Positions 11,416 through 23,282 are shown, counted from the first letter of the whole stretch. The stretch is DNA of 63,631 nt, filler included, from Octopus bimaculoides (GCF_001194135.2; 4 parts of 4 records of this genome joined end to end with filler, not necessarily neighbours in it), one strand, 5' to 3'. Numbers and translations: made by a program. The notes: generated from the letters alone by a model not told the origin.

Positions 11416-13048
11416 TTTCTTTATTACCTACAAAGGGGCTAAACATAGAGGGAACAATACCAAACAATATAAATATGTGGGTAAGTAAAAACGGGTGATA
11501 GAATGCAATGAATAAATGAAAGATGTAATGATGACGCTCGGTCCCACATCCGGGCGCCATAATTTCACTTTTGATTACTTTTAAAGAAAGTCTGCGATAT
11601 TGATGTTAAATTTTGAATATAAATTTTCTGCACTTATCATGTGTGGTAATTTTTTTCTATTTTAATTTCGCAGTATTTCACTTTCTCGTACTTTTCTAGT
11701 TTCCTTTTATCTGTAATGTCTATGATAGTGCCTCGCAAATGCGAAGAGATTTTGTGCCAAGCATTTATCATTCTCATGCTTCCCAACGTCTTTATTTCAG
11801 TTACCAATTGTTTGTCCATTAGATCATAGAAGATTAATACTTTGGTTCCTTGTCATCGTTTTTAATTTTATTGGGAGGGGATTGGGAGTTTTGGGACACC
11901 TGTGACTGTGTTTTTTTCCAGGTTGGCCGGGGTAAGGGGAGATCTATGGTTGCAGGGGAAGGGAGTGACAAAGTTGGCTTGGGTGGGACTCATCGCTGCC
12001 AGTTTGTGTCTTCCTTTTTTTCAACTTTTTTCCATTCTTCTTGTTCCTCTGTGATAATTTCTGGTGGAAGCGGAGGTGCGGTTTCCTTTTTGTCAGAAGG
12101 TGGTGAAGGGCAGTCAACCCTAATGTGGTCCTTTTGGCCACATTGGTAACACCTGGAGATTCTGCCCTCTACTTTCACCCTCAACACTATATCTTCTACA
12201 GTTATAGTTTCTATAACTTTTTCAAGGACTTCTGGGGTGGCTGAATCAATAATAACTCAATCTCTTGCCCCGACCAGTTCCTATGGTCCGTGCATGTGGC
12301 TTGGAGGACCACCACTTCCTCCTCCAAGCCCAACAAGATTGCGTCCACCAGCCAGGCTGTATTTATTTCTGGTGGTACGTCCTTCACCCTGGAAATTCGC
12401 CTTCCCATGTAGATGGGTAGGAGCACTACATCTTTCGATTTTAGTGGGTTTACAGAGTGCAGCCTGGCGAATGCTGCATCTCTGAACCGCATCTCCACCG
12501 TGCCGTGCTTCTTGCCTCTGTTAATGTGTACTATATCGCTCCATATGAGCTTTAATGCCATTTCAATTTGGCTTTGAGACAAATTTTCTACTTTTTGGCT
12601 CTCTGCCGAAAGAATTCGAAATATAATCAATTTTTCCTTCTGACTCAACATTACATCCCGGGGAGGGAGCACGTTTACATTACTTCCATCTCTTTTGAAC
12701 AAATCATTGAATCTTTCAACTTGTTTCAAGTCGATATTTTCTGGCTGCTTTTAGCAGCCTTTGCAAAGTCCATCTTATCCATATTATCAAGGGCTCTAAG
12801 GAGTTCCACTTCTGAGTAAGAATACTCAAACGAGCTCATGCTATCAGTATTGGACATATCTACGCAGCCCTCTACAAAAGTGGAACAGTGCAAGAATACC
12901 AGCAATCTGGATGTTCAAAAATACAATCAACAAAATAGAACACAATTTTAGCAATTTTTACAATTTTACACAATTTTCACTAACCTTTCGCAAAAAAGAC
13001 GACCGACCATCCTCAGTCCGAAATACAAATTTTACAATAACGATGTAC
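11416..13048 (-). mobile_element. Non-LTR (L1/Tx1-like) element containing only 5' UTR, decayed ORF1 with a CCHC knuckle, and 3' tail
   Basis: Minus-strand ORF1 remnants from the ATG at 12857 (MSNTDSMSSFEYSY..) through RCYQCGQKDHIRVDCP to about 11637. The 3' tail ..ccctctatgtttagcccctttgtaggtaataaagaaa abuts the direct repeat. No EN/RT sequence recognised. Confidence 0.75.
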
Positions 13049-13109
13049 GTGATTCACACTGTCATTATGTGAGATCGTTTTAACTCGTCTAGGCTTAAAT
13101 ACTCGTAAA

Positions 13110-13205
13110 ACGACCCAAGTACGCAACTGCTACTTAATTTATCGACTGCCCTGAAAGGATGAAAGGCAAATTCGACCTCGGCAGAATTTGAACTCAGAAC
13201 GTCAA
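13110..13205 (-). mobile_element. SINE family C fragment
   Basis: gaaaggatgaaaggcaaattcgacctcggcagaatttgaactcagaacgt. Confidence 0.75.
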
Positions 13206-13229
13206 GTTTTAATATATCCACATTCACTC

Positions 13230-14825
13230 ACCACTTCGTTATAAGCGGTGGTCCTGAGTTAAAAACATCTTCGTTATAATTCTTTAGTGAGCGCAGTATT
13301 TCTTGGTCTTGATCTTGGATGTACACAGCTGGATGGTAAATACTGTGCGCAAATATTTTTCTTACGCATTGTCCAAAATAAGAGATTTGTAGTCTGTTGG
13401 TAGGCATAAGAAGTGCAGTGCTCTGGCTTCTGGTACAAAGTTTTTTTTTTTTCAAATTATTCTAGCCTAATATCAGTTGCAAGCCATCTCTCTTTATTTG
13501 CTCAGTTACTAACACCTGTAGTGGCGTGAAATTATGGCCGCCATTAAGGAAGTACAATCGACGCATGCGCAAGGGACTTGCCTTCCCGGAAGCCCCTCGA
13601 GTGCGCATGCGTAGTAAAACCAGTGCTTAAAGTGCTTCGCGCGCTTTCTAAGCCTCTAGCGCGATGCTTACGATGTGACAACTACTTGTTCCTTTGGCAT
13701 GCCTCAACGAAGCTCTTAATATCCAGATGCCGATTACAAGTTAACCAGCGGCGACCAGGCTGAATTATATAGGTTTTGTAAAGCTAAGCATCACCAAAAT
13801 AAAACTTATTCTATTAACTATTCACGCCTGCCTCTGTTCCTAATATATATTTTTGTTGAAAGGTGATAGAGTGAGACTAAAGTCTCAATGTTACTATCAA
13901 CCTTTTACACACCTTTTAAGGCCCTGGGGAATTTACATTTTCCTACTACTCCAGTTTATATTTGTAGATTTGAGTACTCTAAGCCGATGACCCTGTCCTT
14001 AGATTTTGTGACTCCTGCAGGCTCTTCTTCATATTTTGTTTATGTTTCCTAAGTGTGTCCCACCAATATAATGCAATTTCATTTGCATTATACACCTGCT
14101 CAGGATTGAGGTCTCTGTCAACTACGAGTTTCGTAAATTCTTCAACATATTTTGTAGCTGCTTCATGATCTGCAGACTGCTTTTCTCTGCACACTTTATA
14201 CATGGAAAATTCATGATGCTTCTTGAATCTTTGAAGCTACTTTTCACTATAGACACACTCATGTTCTAATTTGAGTTCTTTATGAAACAACTTAACTCGT
14301 TCCATTATCACGTTACCTGACAAGTCTACTCCATCACTGACACTGTTAAACAATTCCATTATCACTTGCTCGTAATCAATACTCTTATGATCTTTCATAA
14401 TTTTTCTAACAATCATTTCCATTTTTCGAATAAATGTTTGCATAAAACTTTAATATTCTGTCCTTTTGTTTCTAAGCAGTTGATGAACCAATGCCGACAC
14501 AGATTACGTACTAAAACACCACGGTCCATATTTTTTCTCAACAGTTCTACTTTATCTGTGATTAATAGGGACTTGTTTACGTTAGAAATAACATAGCTAG
14601 GAGTAACTTCAAGTTAAACAAGCAGAGGAGTTCTCAAAATTTTAAGATCTCCACTAACAAATGCAATGGAAATAATACACGAGAACACACGGTGCATGCA
14701 ACACTAACTGTGATCGCGCAGTGATCTAGACTAGCACTCCCGAGTATTTCATGTTCCCCTTCGAAATTCATCCAGGTTAAAGACAGTACCGGACCATCAG
14801 TTACCGGAAAATTGGTGTTGTACAT
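13230..14825 (-). mobile_element. Decayed pogo/Tigger (Jerky/CENP-B-like) transposon interrupted by a solo LTR
   Basis: Minus-strand remnants: CENP-B HTH (GNVIMERVKLFH..LQRFKKHH), EKQSADHEAA..LNPEQVYNANEIALYW, VGKCKFPRALKGV, ILDNA, IQDQDQEILRSLKNY (DDE_1-like). Confidence 0.85.
13517..13909 (+). mobile_element. Solo LTR (393 bp, TGTA...TACA, 4-bp TSD CACC)
   Basis: cacc|tgtagtggcg ... ccttttaca|cacc. AATAAA at 13798-13803. Removing it rejoins the Tigger coding remnant. Orientation inferred from the AATAAA. Confidence 0.85.
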
Positions 14826-15859
14826 GTATACACGTACACACACACAGAGACGAATCAAGCTAATATGACATCCGTAGCATTTATTTTACAAGTCTTTATT
14901 TAGTTGCATTTATTTCATGAGCTGCCAGAAAATGTAAATTCTTCAAATCATAATACTAACAGAATATTAAAGAGTATAATTTTGTGCATTCGATATGTAC
15001 TAGAAATAATAGACGACTCCTCTAGGTTATATATATATAAGTAACATGAAAACATTATTATTGAAATATTAATTCAAACTTGACGGCGTAGTAAAATCAT
15101 ATTTTCGATATTTGGCAAATGCAAAGCTGTTAATAATACTGGTAATATTTATTTTCTTCAGAAGTTAATGTTCAGTATTCATTAGAGCAAAACTGTTCGA
15201 TCTGCTGCTTCTTTCTTTCTTATTTATTTTTAAAAATGTGCTTTTAAGCTTTGAAAATAACTGTAATTTGAACTGTACGAGCCAAACTAAATCTGGAAAG
15301 CGATTTTCTACTTTCAGGAAACACGATACTATGTGGGTGTCAATTATGATTTGTGAAACAGAACCACACAATATATTTTCTGTTTCTTTTTTTTTGTTTT
15401 TACAATGTCTTACTCAGGGGAGAATGGGCAACGTCCATGATATTTTTCAGGGCCTCTCGAACTAATGAGAGGACAGGAGGAAGATAGGAAACTTGTCTCG
15501 GATGCTTGCCAGTGAGTGGACAACACCAAAGCACAGAAAGGCGAAGTGGTGATGTTAAAACGGTAAACAGATTAAATCTATTACCTAAAGACATCAAAAA
15601 TTAATGTTCAACTTATATTTCAGAAGCGGATTTCCCAGGTCTTCCTGAAACAATAACATAAAGAATTCTTGACCCTTCTGATGTGTGGTGAAACATAAGT
15701 CACTTTCTGAAAAATCTGTCAAAGCTAAAAACAGGTAATTGATTATGGCCCGAAATGTTTCAGGTTTAAATATTCGAGTAGTTAGAACTTCCTCTGTAAA
15801 GAGAAACCTAGAAAAATTTTCCAATACAACTTTTACACCTCACCCCTTCTAGTCTCGAA

Positions 15860-16147
15860 CATGTAACAAAAACCTTAATATTTGCTACATTCAAAATCTC
15901 ACAACCACAAATGATCTCTCTTGGCGATCTCATAGCCACAACATTAACAAACACTGCACCCCCAACTACTTTATGATTAAGAAACACTTCATTTCCTTTC
16001 AGATTATCTGATTGGATCAAGTGAAACCCACTGTGAAATACTGCTTCCACATCTGGAACAATGATGCTGCTGTAGTACACACGAACACCCTAGACTATAT
16101 CCAGAAAAAGGGTCGCTCGACACTACACTCCAGTCTCTGACTCACAG
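15860..16147 (+). mobile_element. Highly decayed CR1/Jockey-like LINE RT C-terminal fragment
   Basis: TTNDLSWRSH..QVKPTVKYCFHIW..LDYIQKK..QSLTHR resembles the SDLSW..VRPxLEYCSxIW..LDxIQ..SLxHRR region of this clade (by eye). Confidence 0.55.
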
Positions 16148-16459
16148 ACAGTGGTGTAGCTAAAGAGCGTGTTGCCAGGGGAAACCCTTAAGCTTTCCGC
16201 TCCCCCCAACACACTAAGCCTCCACTAAATACTATAGTATTATATAGCAGACCCAAAAGTACCACTTCAATAAAAGCATCACTCGGAGCGAACCGCCTCC
16301 ACTCATTGTAATGCTACTCTTCACAAACATACTAACTCTTCACTCTGCCTGTTTTATCGCGACTCCTCGTCAGAGTTGGCTCGTCTTGTGCTAACTTCAC
16401 TTACGCTCGCCGTAAATATTAAGTTTTTTTTTTTGTTTTGCTCTCAAGAACATTAAAAG

Positions 16460-16790
16460 GGTAAAGATCTCCTTCGGTCATGAATGACCATGCGATTGCA
16501 CCTAGAAAGCTCCCCTCCAAAGCACAACCCGGGCAAGGTTGTTTATGGAAGACCGGCAGTCTTCTACGCATACCAGCATGCCCCCTTCTCCATGCCACCG
16601 ATGTTATCCAAGGGAAAGGCAAAGGCCAATAAACTTTGGCACCAGTGACATCGCAACTCATTTCTACAAGTGAGTGAACTGGAAGAACGTGAAACAAAGT
16701 GTTTTGCTCAATACACAACACGGGCCAGGAATCGAACTCACTACCGCATGATTGTGAGCTTGATGCTCTAACCACTGAGCCATGCACCTT
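16460..16790 (-). mobile_element. SINE family A (tRNA-like head), near full length
   Basis: Reverse complement begins aaggtgcatggctcagtggttagagc..gagttcgattcc (A/B boxes). Matches 34402-34733. Confidence 0.9.
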
Positions 16791-16815
16791 CGCATCCCAA
16801 TAACATTAATCTTTT

Positions 16816-17028
16816 AAGGCGTCGAGCTAGCAGAAACGTTAGCACGCCGGCCGGAATGCTTAGCTGTATTTCATCTGTCTTTGTGTTCTGAGTTCAAATT
16901 CCGCCGAGGTCGACTTTGCCTTTCATCCTTTCCAGGTAGATAAATTAAGTACCAGTTGCGTACTGAGTCGATCTAATCGATTGACTCCCTCCCCAAAAAT
17001 TTCGGGCATTGTGCCTAGAGTAGAAAAG
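16816..17028 (+). mobile_element. SINE family C with perfect 17-bp TSD
   Basis: TSD aataacattaatctttt at 16799-16815 and 17029-17045. B box gagttcaaattc. Confidence 0.92.
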
Positions 17029-17144
17029 AATAACATTAATCTTTTGGAATTTCCTTGTGCATGTATTTCTAGTATTTGAAGACTCGAGATTGTTCAAGAA
17101 CATTTACCACACTGACCTCAAATATCATGGAACTTTCTTCTAGA

Positions 17145-17440
17145 CAGTGGTTATCAACTATTTTTTTTACCTATAGGCCCCTTTCATTACTATTTTATTC
17201 AATTCGATGTTTAAAAACTGGTTTTACAGATACTTCTTTCAAAATTCTTATTTTGTTTTTCACACATTCACTTGAACTGTGTATAAAACGTTAGAGAAAG
17301 AAATCCTACTGTTTCTTGTAATAAATACATTTAAATCAAAATTTTTCACGAACCTTTAAAATACTACTGTGGATTCCCAACTTACTATTTTGTTAACGTG
17401 GATCCCCAAAATTTATATGAACCTCGGTTGAAAACTACTA
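17145..17440. mobile_element. hAT/Charlie-like MITE
   Basis: Imperfect TIRs cagtggttatcaac ... gttgaaaactacta. TSD not clean. Confidence 0.5.
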
Positions 17441-19092
17441 CTCAAGACAAAGATCGGCAAACGGCAGATTGCAGACCGAATCTGGTCTGCTCATTTCATT
17501 GAATATATATTGGATACAACAATTCTTTGTTTCTTTATTTATCTTTGGTTTGTGAACAATAAAATTCAGCATTGAAATATAGAGCACAAGTTTAATTTTT
17601 GCAGTAGTCTCAAATAAATCAATGTTATATATATATATAGAGAGAGAGATTCCTTCACATAATAAAATAATGTACGTTTCCCCTGGAGCAATTTTTTAAA
17701 GCAGCAAATGTTTTCACTTTTCTAAATAAATGGAACAATAGAAACTGAGAGCGCTTCATAAACCGTCGCAATATAGTTCACGTGAATAATTTATTTTAAG
17801 ACAAGAAGAAAGGACAGAAAAATATTTACTCGTTCGTTGAGGACAAAAAGGTAAACTGGCTGTACCACATTTATCCCGAAGCCACAATCTCTCTTATCTA
17901 TCCAACCTAAGTAAAAATTCTTTGACTCTTCATCGAATGCCGTTAAATATCCATTTTAAAGTCATTAAAAGTGCAGCAATTCCTTTATTTCAACAGCTGA
18001 CGTTTTGAAATATAATAAAATAAAGAAATTAAGCTGTTTCTATATAGCCTCATATGATCGCAGTTTCGAAGACATAAAAACATTTCCAATACGTCCAACT
18101 TCCCAAAAGAAGTCGATCGATCTCTACTCTAGAGCCCCTCCCATCCAAAAATCAATTATACTGGATCTAGATAAACCATATGCGATTTAACATCAGTAAT
18201 TTTCGGGTTTTGTTTTACAGTCGGAAAATAATTTGTTTAAAAATAAAAAAAGGTGAGGGGGAATGCAGATAGAGTAAATCTGGAATCATCAAGGACTGGC
18301 CAACTCGTATTTAACACCTTAATTTCTAAACAAATATCTCCATCAGATAATGCAGCAAAAAGGACGATCCACATATGCAGAAAAAACCCCAAAAAAACTC
18401 AAATTACTTCGACTTCAAGTAAAGGAAAACAAGGAAAGAATCCTTTATTATATTTCCAATGAAATCAAAAGAGAATATGGTGGTGAACATGGAGCGTATT
18501 CTGCAATTCGATTCAGCTGTTTGATGTGTGCTTACAAATCGTTGTAGTTGTCACATATGTTACAAACATTAATATTGGAACATTGGCACAAAGCAGTGCA
18601 TGTTGAAGAAGTTATATTGTTGAATATAAACTGGCCTTGACTGATACTTTATTTTATCAACTCGGGTGGAGTGAAAGGCAGAATTAATCATGCCAAGTTC
18701 AACTTTGCTTTGCATCCTTATAGAGTTCGATAAAATAAAGTACCAGTAAAGTACTGAGGTAAATTTTATCAACTCTATTTAACCTGCAAATTTGATTAGA
18801 AATAAGGCAATTCTTGACACCAATATCACATTTTTTTTTGTTCTTTTCATGTTCAAAAGCTTCACGAATATATTTAAGTGGTTCAGATGGTAGAATTTAC
18901 CATAAAAGGAACCCAACGAAATGGATTTCAGTGTGCCAGTTCCAACAAATCAATGCTTGTCCTAACGTGCAGGAATACATCTCAAGTATAAAAGCGTTTT
19001 TTTCTTCTTTTTTTCCGGAAGCTAGCTTTTCGTATTTGATTTGAAATATTTTTGATGAAAATTAGTGTGTAGAAACATTTTTTTCCATCTCA

Positions 19093-19390
19093 GGAGGGTC
19101 ATTATGTCAATAATAAACACACGTACTGGTTCTATTTCCTTTCTTTATTATTCATCAATTGGTTAATTATCTAAACCAATTAACTATTCGATTGTTTGAC
19201 CAGTTAATAGATTGTTGATTCAGTTAGTCAATAAATCACTCATGTGGACTTTGACAAACATAGCTAATTTATTGATAAAATGAATGATTAATCAAACAAT
19301 TGATTAATTAACTCGTCAAATAGCTAACCAATTGACAAAGAAAGCAGTGAAATAGAACCAGTGTGTATATTACTGGTACAACGACCCTTC
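19093..19390. repeat. About 300-bp imperfect fold-back (MITE-like)
   Basis: gagggtc..acacgtactggttctatttc vs gaaatagaaccagtgtgt..gacccttc, plus inner arms caattggtta..ttgtttga / tcaaacaat..taaccaattg. Confidence 0.8.
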
Positions 19391-19630
19391 CAATATATAA
19401 AAGGTATCTTTTCATAAATTTACTGTATTTACATTTAAATATACATCAGGATAATTTAAACGATATAGTTTCTGAGGTACAAAACGAGTAATTTGCCTGA
19501 GTGTGTAATAGTGAGTGAGTGCGGCATATATCAGTGTATACAAATACCTATATTACATATATACAGGCATGCATACATACATGTGTGTGTGTGTGTGTGT
19601 GTGTGTATGCATTATGTTTTAGACGCAATA

Positions 19631-19919
19631 AAGAACCCCTCCGAGACACAAGTCTGGGCAAAGCTGTTTATGGAGGACCAGTAGTCGCCCACGAATACCA
19701 ACCTCCCCTCTCTACGCTACCGATGTTCTCTAAGGGAAAGGTAAAGGCCGAAACAGCTTGGCACCAGTGACATCGTGACTCATTTCTACAGCCGAGTGAA
19801 TTGGAACAACGTGAAATAAAGTGTCTTGCTCAAGAACACAGCACAGCCCGGTCCGGCAATCGAACTCACTGCCTCATGATTGTGAGCTCGAAGCTCTACA
19901 CTACTGAGCCATGCGCCTT
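19631..19919 (-). mobile_element. SINE family A copy, 3'-shortened
   Basis: Matches 16460-16790. Confidence 0.85.
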
Positions 19920-20831
19920 CTACATGTAATATAAGTACATACCAGCGGAAAATATACGTTCAAAGTTCTGTCCGTGTGGATGTGTGGTTCTTAACCTGGA
20001 TTATAGCGCCTCTCGAAGACGTTAGCTTCTTAGGGCCAAAAATCAAAGAGTCGCTATTGTTTTTTAGAAATATAATCAAAACAAGTATAATACTTGTATT
20101 TTAAACGCGTTAATAAATAGAAAAAGAAATGAAAAACATGTTATCGAGATCATAACATGAACAGGACATTATGTTATTCAGCGTGCAGAAAGACGAGTGA
20201 TGATGCGTTAAGATCCAAAATAATTTCACAATATAAATCTTCACCTTCAATAAATTTCTATAAAAATTTAATATAGCTGGGGCAATAGTCACGCAAATGG
20301 CTAAAAAGGAGGAACATGCTGTATGGGATAGTATTTGAAAGTATGGATAATAAACCACTGCGAAAAATTAGCATCTGTTGTATGTAGATGATTTGTGTGT
20401 GTGTGTGTGTGTGTAAAATATTCGGTGAAAGAGGATGATAAGCTACAAAATGGTTTGATAATAAAGCACGAGTTAAACTCCAGGCGAGACAGCACAACAT
20501 CTCGCTTTCAAGTCACGATTCACACAAGTTCAGCTCCAGTTATTCTGTTCAGATCTTTGGTGAAAGCATGAACATGGCAGCATTAGATTGTATCCCTCCT
20601 CTCAGCACGCGCACGCACTCACACACACACACACACCATATCCGCTTCCATTTCTTTTGAGCCATGTAAAAATAAAACCAATCGTTAGCTGTTGCTGTTC
20701 TCGTAAGGTTAGCTTTGATAATGTCTACCTGACGGAGGAAAACAGGTATGATCAAAGTGTTATCGTTCGCCACCATCCTGTCCCCTTTTCACAACAGTGC
20801 AGTTAGGACTTTATTATGAATCTAATTTGTT

Positions 20832-20997
20832 AAGGCAGCGAGCTGGCAGAATCGTTAGCGGCATTTCGTCGGTCTTTACGCTCTGATTTCAAACTCTGAC
20901 GAGGTCGATGAGATAATTACCAGTTCAGTACTGACTCAATGTAATCGATAAACCTCTTCCCCAAAATTTCAGATCTTGTGCTTATAGTAGAAAGGAT
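20832..20997 (+). mobile_element. SINE family C copy with internal deletions
   Basis: aaggcagcgagctggcagaatcgttagc...cttgtgcttatagtagaaagga. Confidence 0.8.
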
Positions 20998-21560
20998 AAT
21001 GTATCTAGTGTCACGATTATTTTTCTAGAACAGAGTATGATGAGGGATATGTATGTATGTTTTACTTAAGTTCTTGAGTGAATACAAGCCGGTCGCTAAC
21101 AAATCGACAAGACTTTGGAGATAAGACAGTTCCCGGTGTTTGTTAATTTGTGGTTGTGTTGGATGAACTGTCGATGCATTCACCCAAGTGTTGCATCTAG
21201 TCGCATTAGAATCTCAGATAGAGAATTTTTAGAATGTCTTACAAATCTTCTTTTTTTTTTTTACATATAAATACATGTCTATATCTATGTATTTCTAACT
21301 ACGAATACATGTTCGTGTATGTATATTCAAGGTTCTGTACATGTTTGACATGTGGTTCTTAACCTGGATGATGGCGCTTTTTCTTGGTGGCGTTAGCTCT
21401 CTAAGGTCAAATATCAATTGGGTCGCTATTTTCTTAGAAATAAAATTCTTTAAAGCACATTCAAAAAAAAAAAGAAAACCCGTTGCGAGATTTAGAACAT
21501 GAGCAGGGCATTGTGTTAGATGATTGAGCAACTGTGTAGGAATTCAATCGTTGATTAAAT

Positions 21561-21752
21561 GCTGGTTTTAAATTTTGGCACAGGGTCAGCGGTTTCGGCG
21601 GACGGGGTAAGTAGATTACAACGACCCCAGTACTGGTACTTATTTTATCGACCACAAAAGTCGACCTCGGCGGCATTTCAACTCAAAAAGACGGATGAAA
21701 TGCCACTGAGCATTTCGCCCGGCGCGCTTAACGATTCTGCCAGCTCGCCTCC
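21561..21752 (-). mobile_element. SINE family C copy
   Basis: Reverse complement of family C. 13-bp flanking repeat tcgttgattaaat / tcgttagttaaat. Confidence 0.82.
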
Positions 21753-23114
21753 TCGTTAGTTAAATATTAGTGGCGTCACTATCAATTTTCAGTGCACTTT
21801 TTCCAGTCAACGTTTTTTTTTTTTTTTTACTTAGAAGTCGTACTTCTACAGGACGTCGACAAGTCACAGACGACATACTATAATAGTACGAATAATACAA
21901 CAAAATGGAAATGTAATGTAAAAATTGCATAAATCCTTCTTAACATTTATTATGGTGTGTTCTTATATTCGAAAGATGAAAGCCACACCACAGAGCAAGT
22001 GTTTCATTTCCCGGTACATCAAATTCTGTAAATGTATGAGTTAGCCATAAATGTCACAGCATCTATTTTTCGTTCCTCATCACTAAAATATAACGTGTGT
22101 ATTATTATAAAAGAGGGTTTATGAGTGACTGAGTGTGTGAATATTTATAAACTAGTGTGTATGTGAATATCTCAATGAATCTGTTAATATGTATGTTGTT
22201 TTAGTCATTGGACTGTGGCCATGCGAAGGCACCGCCTTAGTATTTTTTATGAAACTAAATTTATTAAGTAGTGTGTGTAAATATATGTATGTATTATGAA
22301 AGAATATGTGTACACGCACTTGAATGTGTCTTAGTTTATGGGAAAAATATAATATCGGCAAGATAATGTAGTTCTATAGAGTTTACCGTGCAAACATAAT
22401 ACCCCGGGTTTGATCCCATGACATGCTGGGCAAGTAATTTTACCATAGCTTTACCTTGACCCAAGCCTTGTGAAGGAAACTGGATAGACAAAAATTGTGG
22501 GGAACTCGTCGGATGAGACTGCAGACTATAACAATGCCCAATTGTAGGAAACTCGTCGGACGAGACCGGAGACCCAACCTTGTTACATAGTCTCACGCTA
22601 AGTATGCCCGACATTTACGTTAAGAGTATGCACGTGTCCAGAATATTCAGCCACTCACACTCAAAGGTAATAAGCAGATTGTTCACTCAACTGAATAACT
22701 GGAATACTTATCGCCGAAAATGACGAAGGTCCATACACTTAGTTTTTATTTTAAGGAACAGTGTTTTAATGAGGATATGTTTATGAAACTGGTCTATGTA
22801 ATTTTTATAAAGTGTATACGTGTGTGACTTTGCCAATGTTAATGAAAGCGTATGTTTACAAAAATGTATGAATGGTAGTATATTTATGAAACTGTATACA
22901 TGTGTTTATGAAACAGTGAATTTCAGTCAATTAGTGAGCTAAGTTGGTGATCAGGTTTCGATACTCAGTCAAAGACAGTTTCAGCTGTTTATATTGGGGA
23001 AAAAGCATACATGGAGCAACTTTTCTTTCTCTCAATTCGTAAACTGAAAAAGGAGTCTTTACACTAAAACATATACTTTTATGTGATTAAGAAATGCTGC
23101 GTTACGCATATATA

Positions 23115-23282
23115 CAGAACCGTCTTAAAATTTTTCTGAACTCTTAGGCAAAGTAATATACTTGGAGACCCTACAAAATTTATAGGGAATAAACCTCAGT
23201 ATACCTACTTTAAGCATGAGCCCCTACATCCGTAGCGACCCTCAACAACTCCCCAGTGTGACTATGCCTTAAGACGGCACTG
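23115..23282. mobile_element. 168-bp hAT-like MITE
   Basis: TIRs cagaaccgtcttaa ... ttaagacggcactg (12/14). Flanks catatata / tatatatg. Confidence 0.7.

Noticed and set aside
11545-11562. tRNA-Lys-like primer-binding site (minus strand tggcgcccggatgtggga)
   Set aside because: It lies downstream of the gag-like ORF in the 3' UTR with no adjacent LTR, and the match is partial. Kept only as a curiosity.
15808-16080. Protein-like minus-strand ORF
   Set aside because: It is the antisense of a decayed CR1-like RT fragment on the plus strand.
16720-16790. tRNA genes at SINE heads (also 34402, 38320, 39696, 60130)
   Set aside because: A/B boxes are present, but I see no complete cloverleaf and they continue into SINE bodies.
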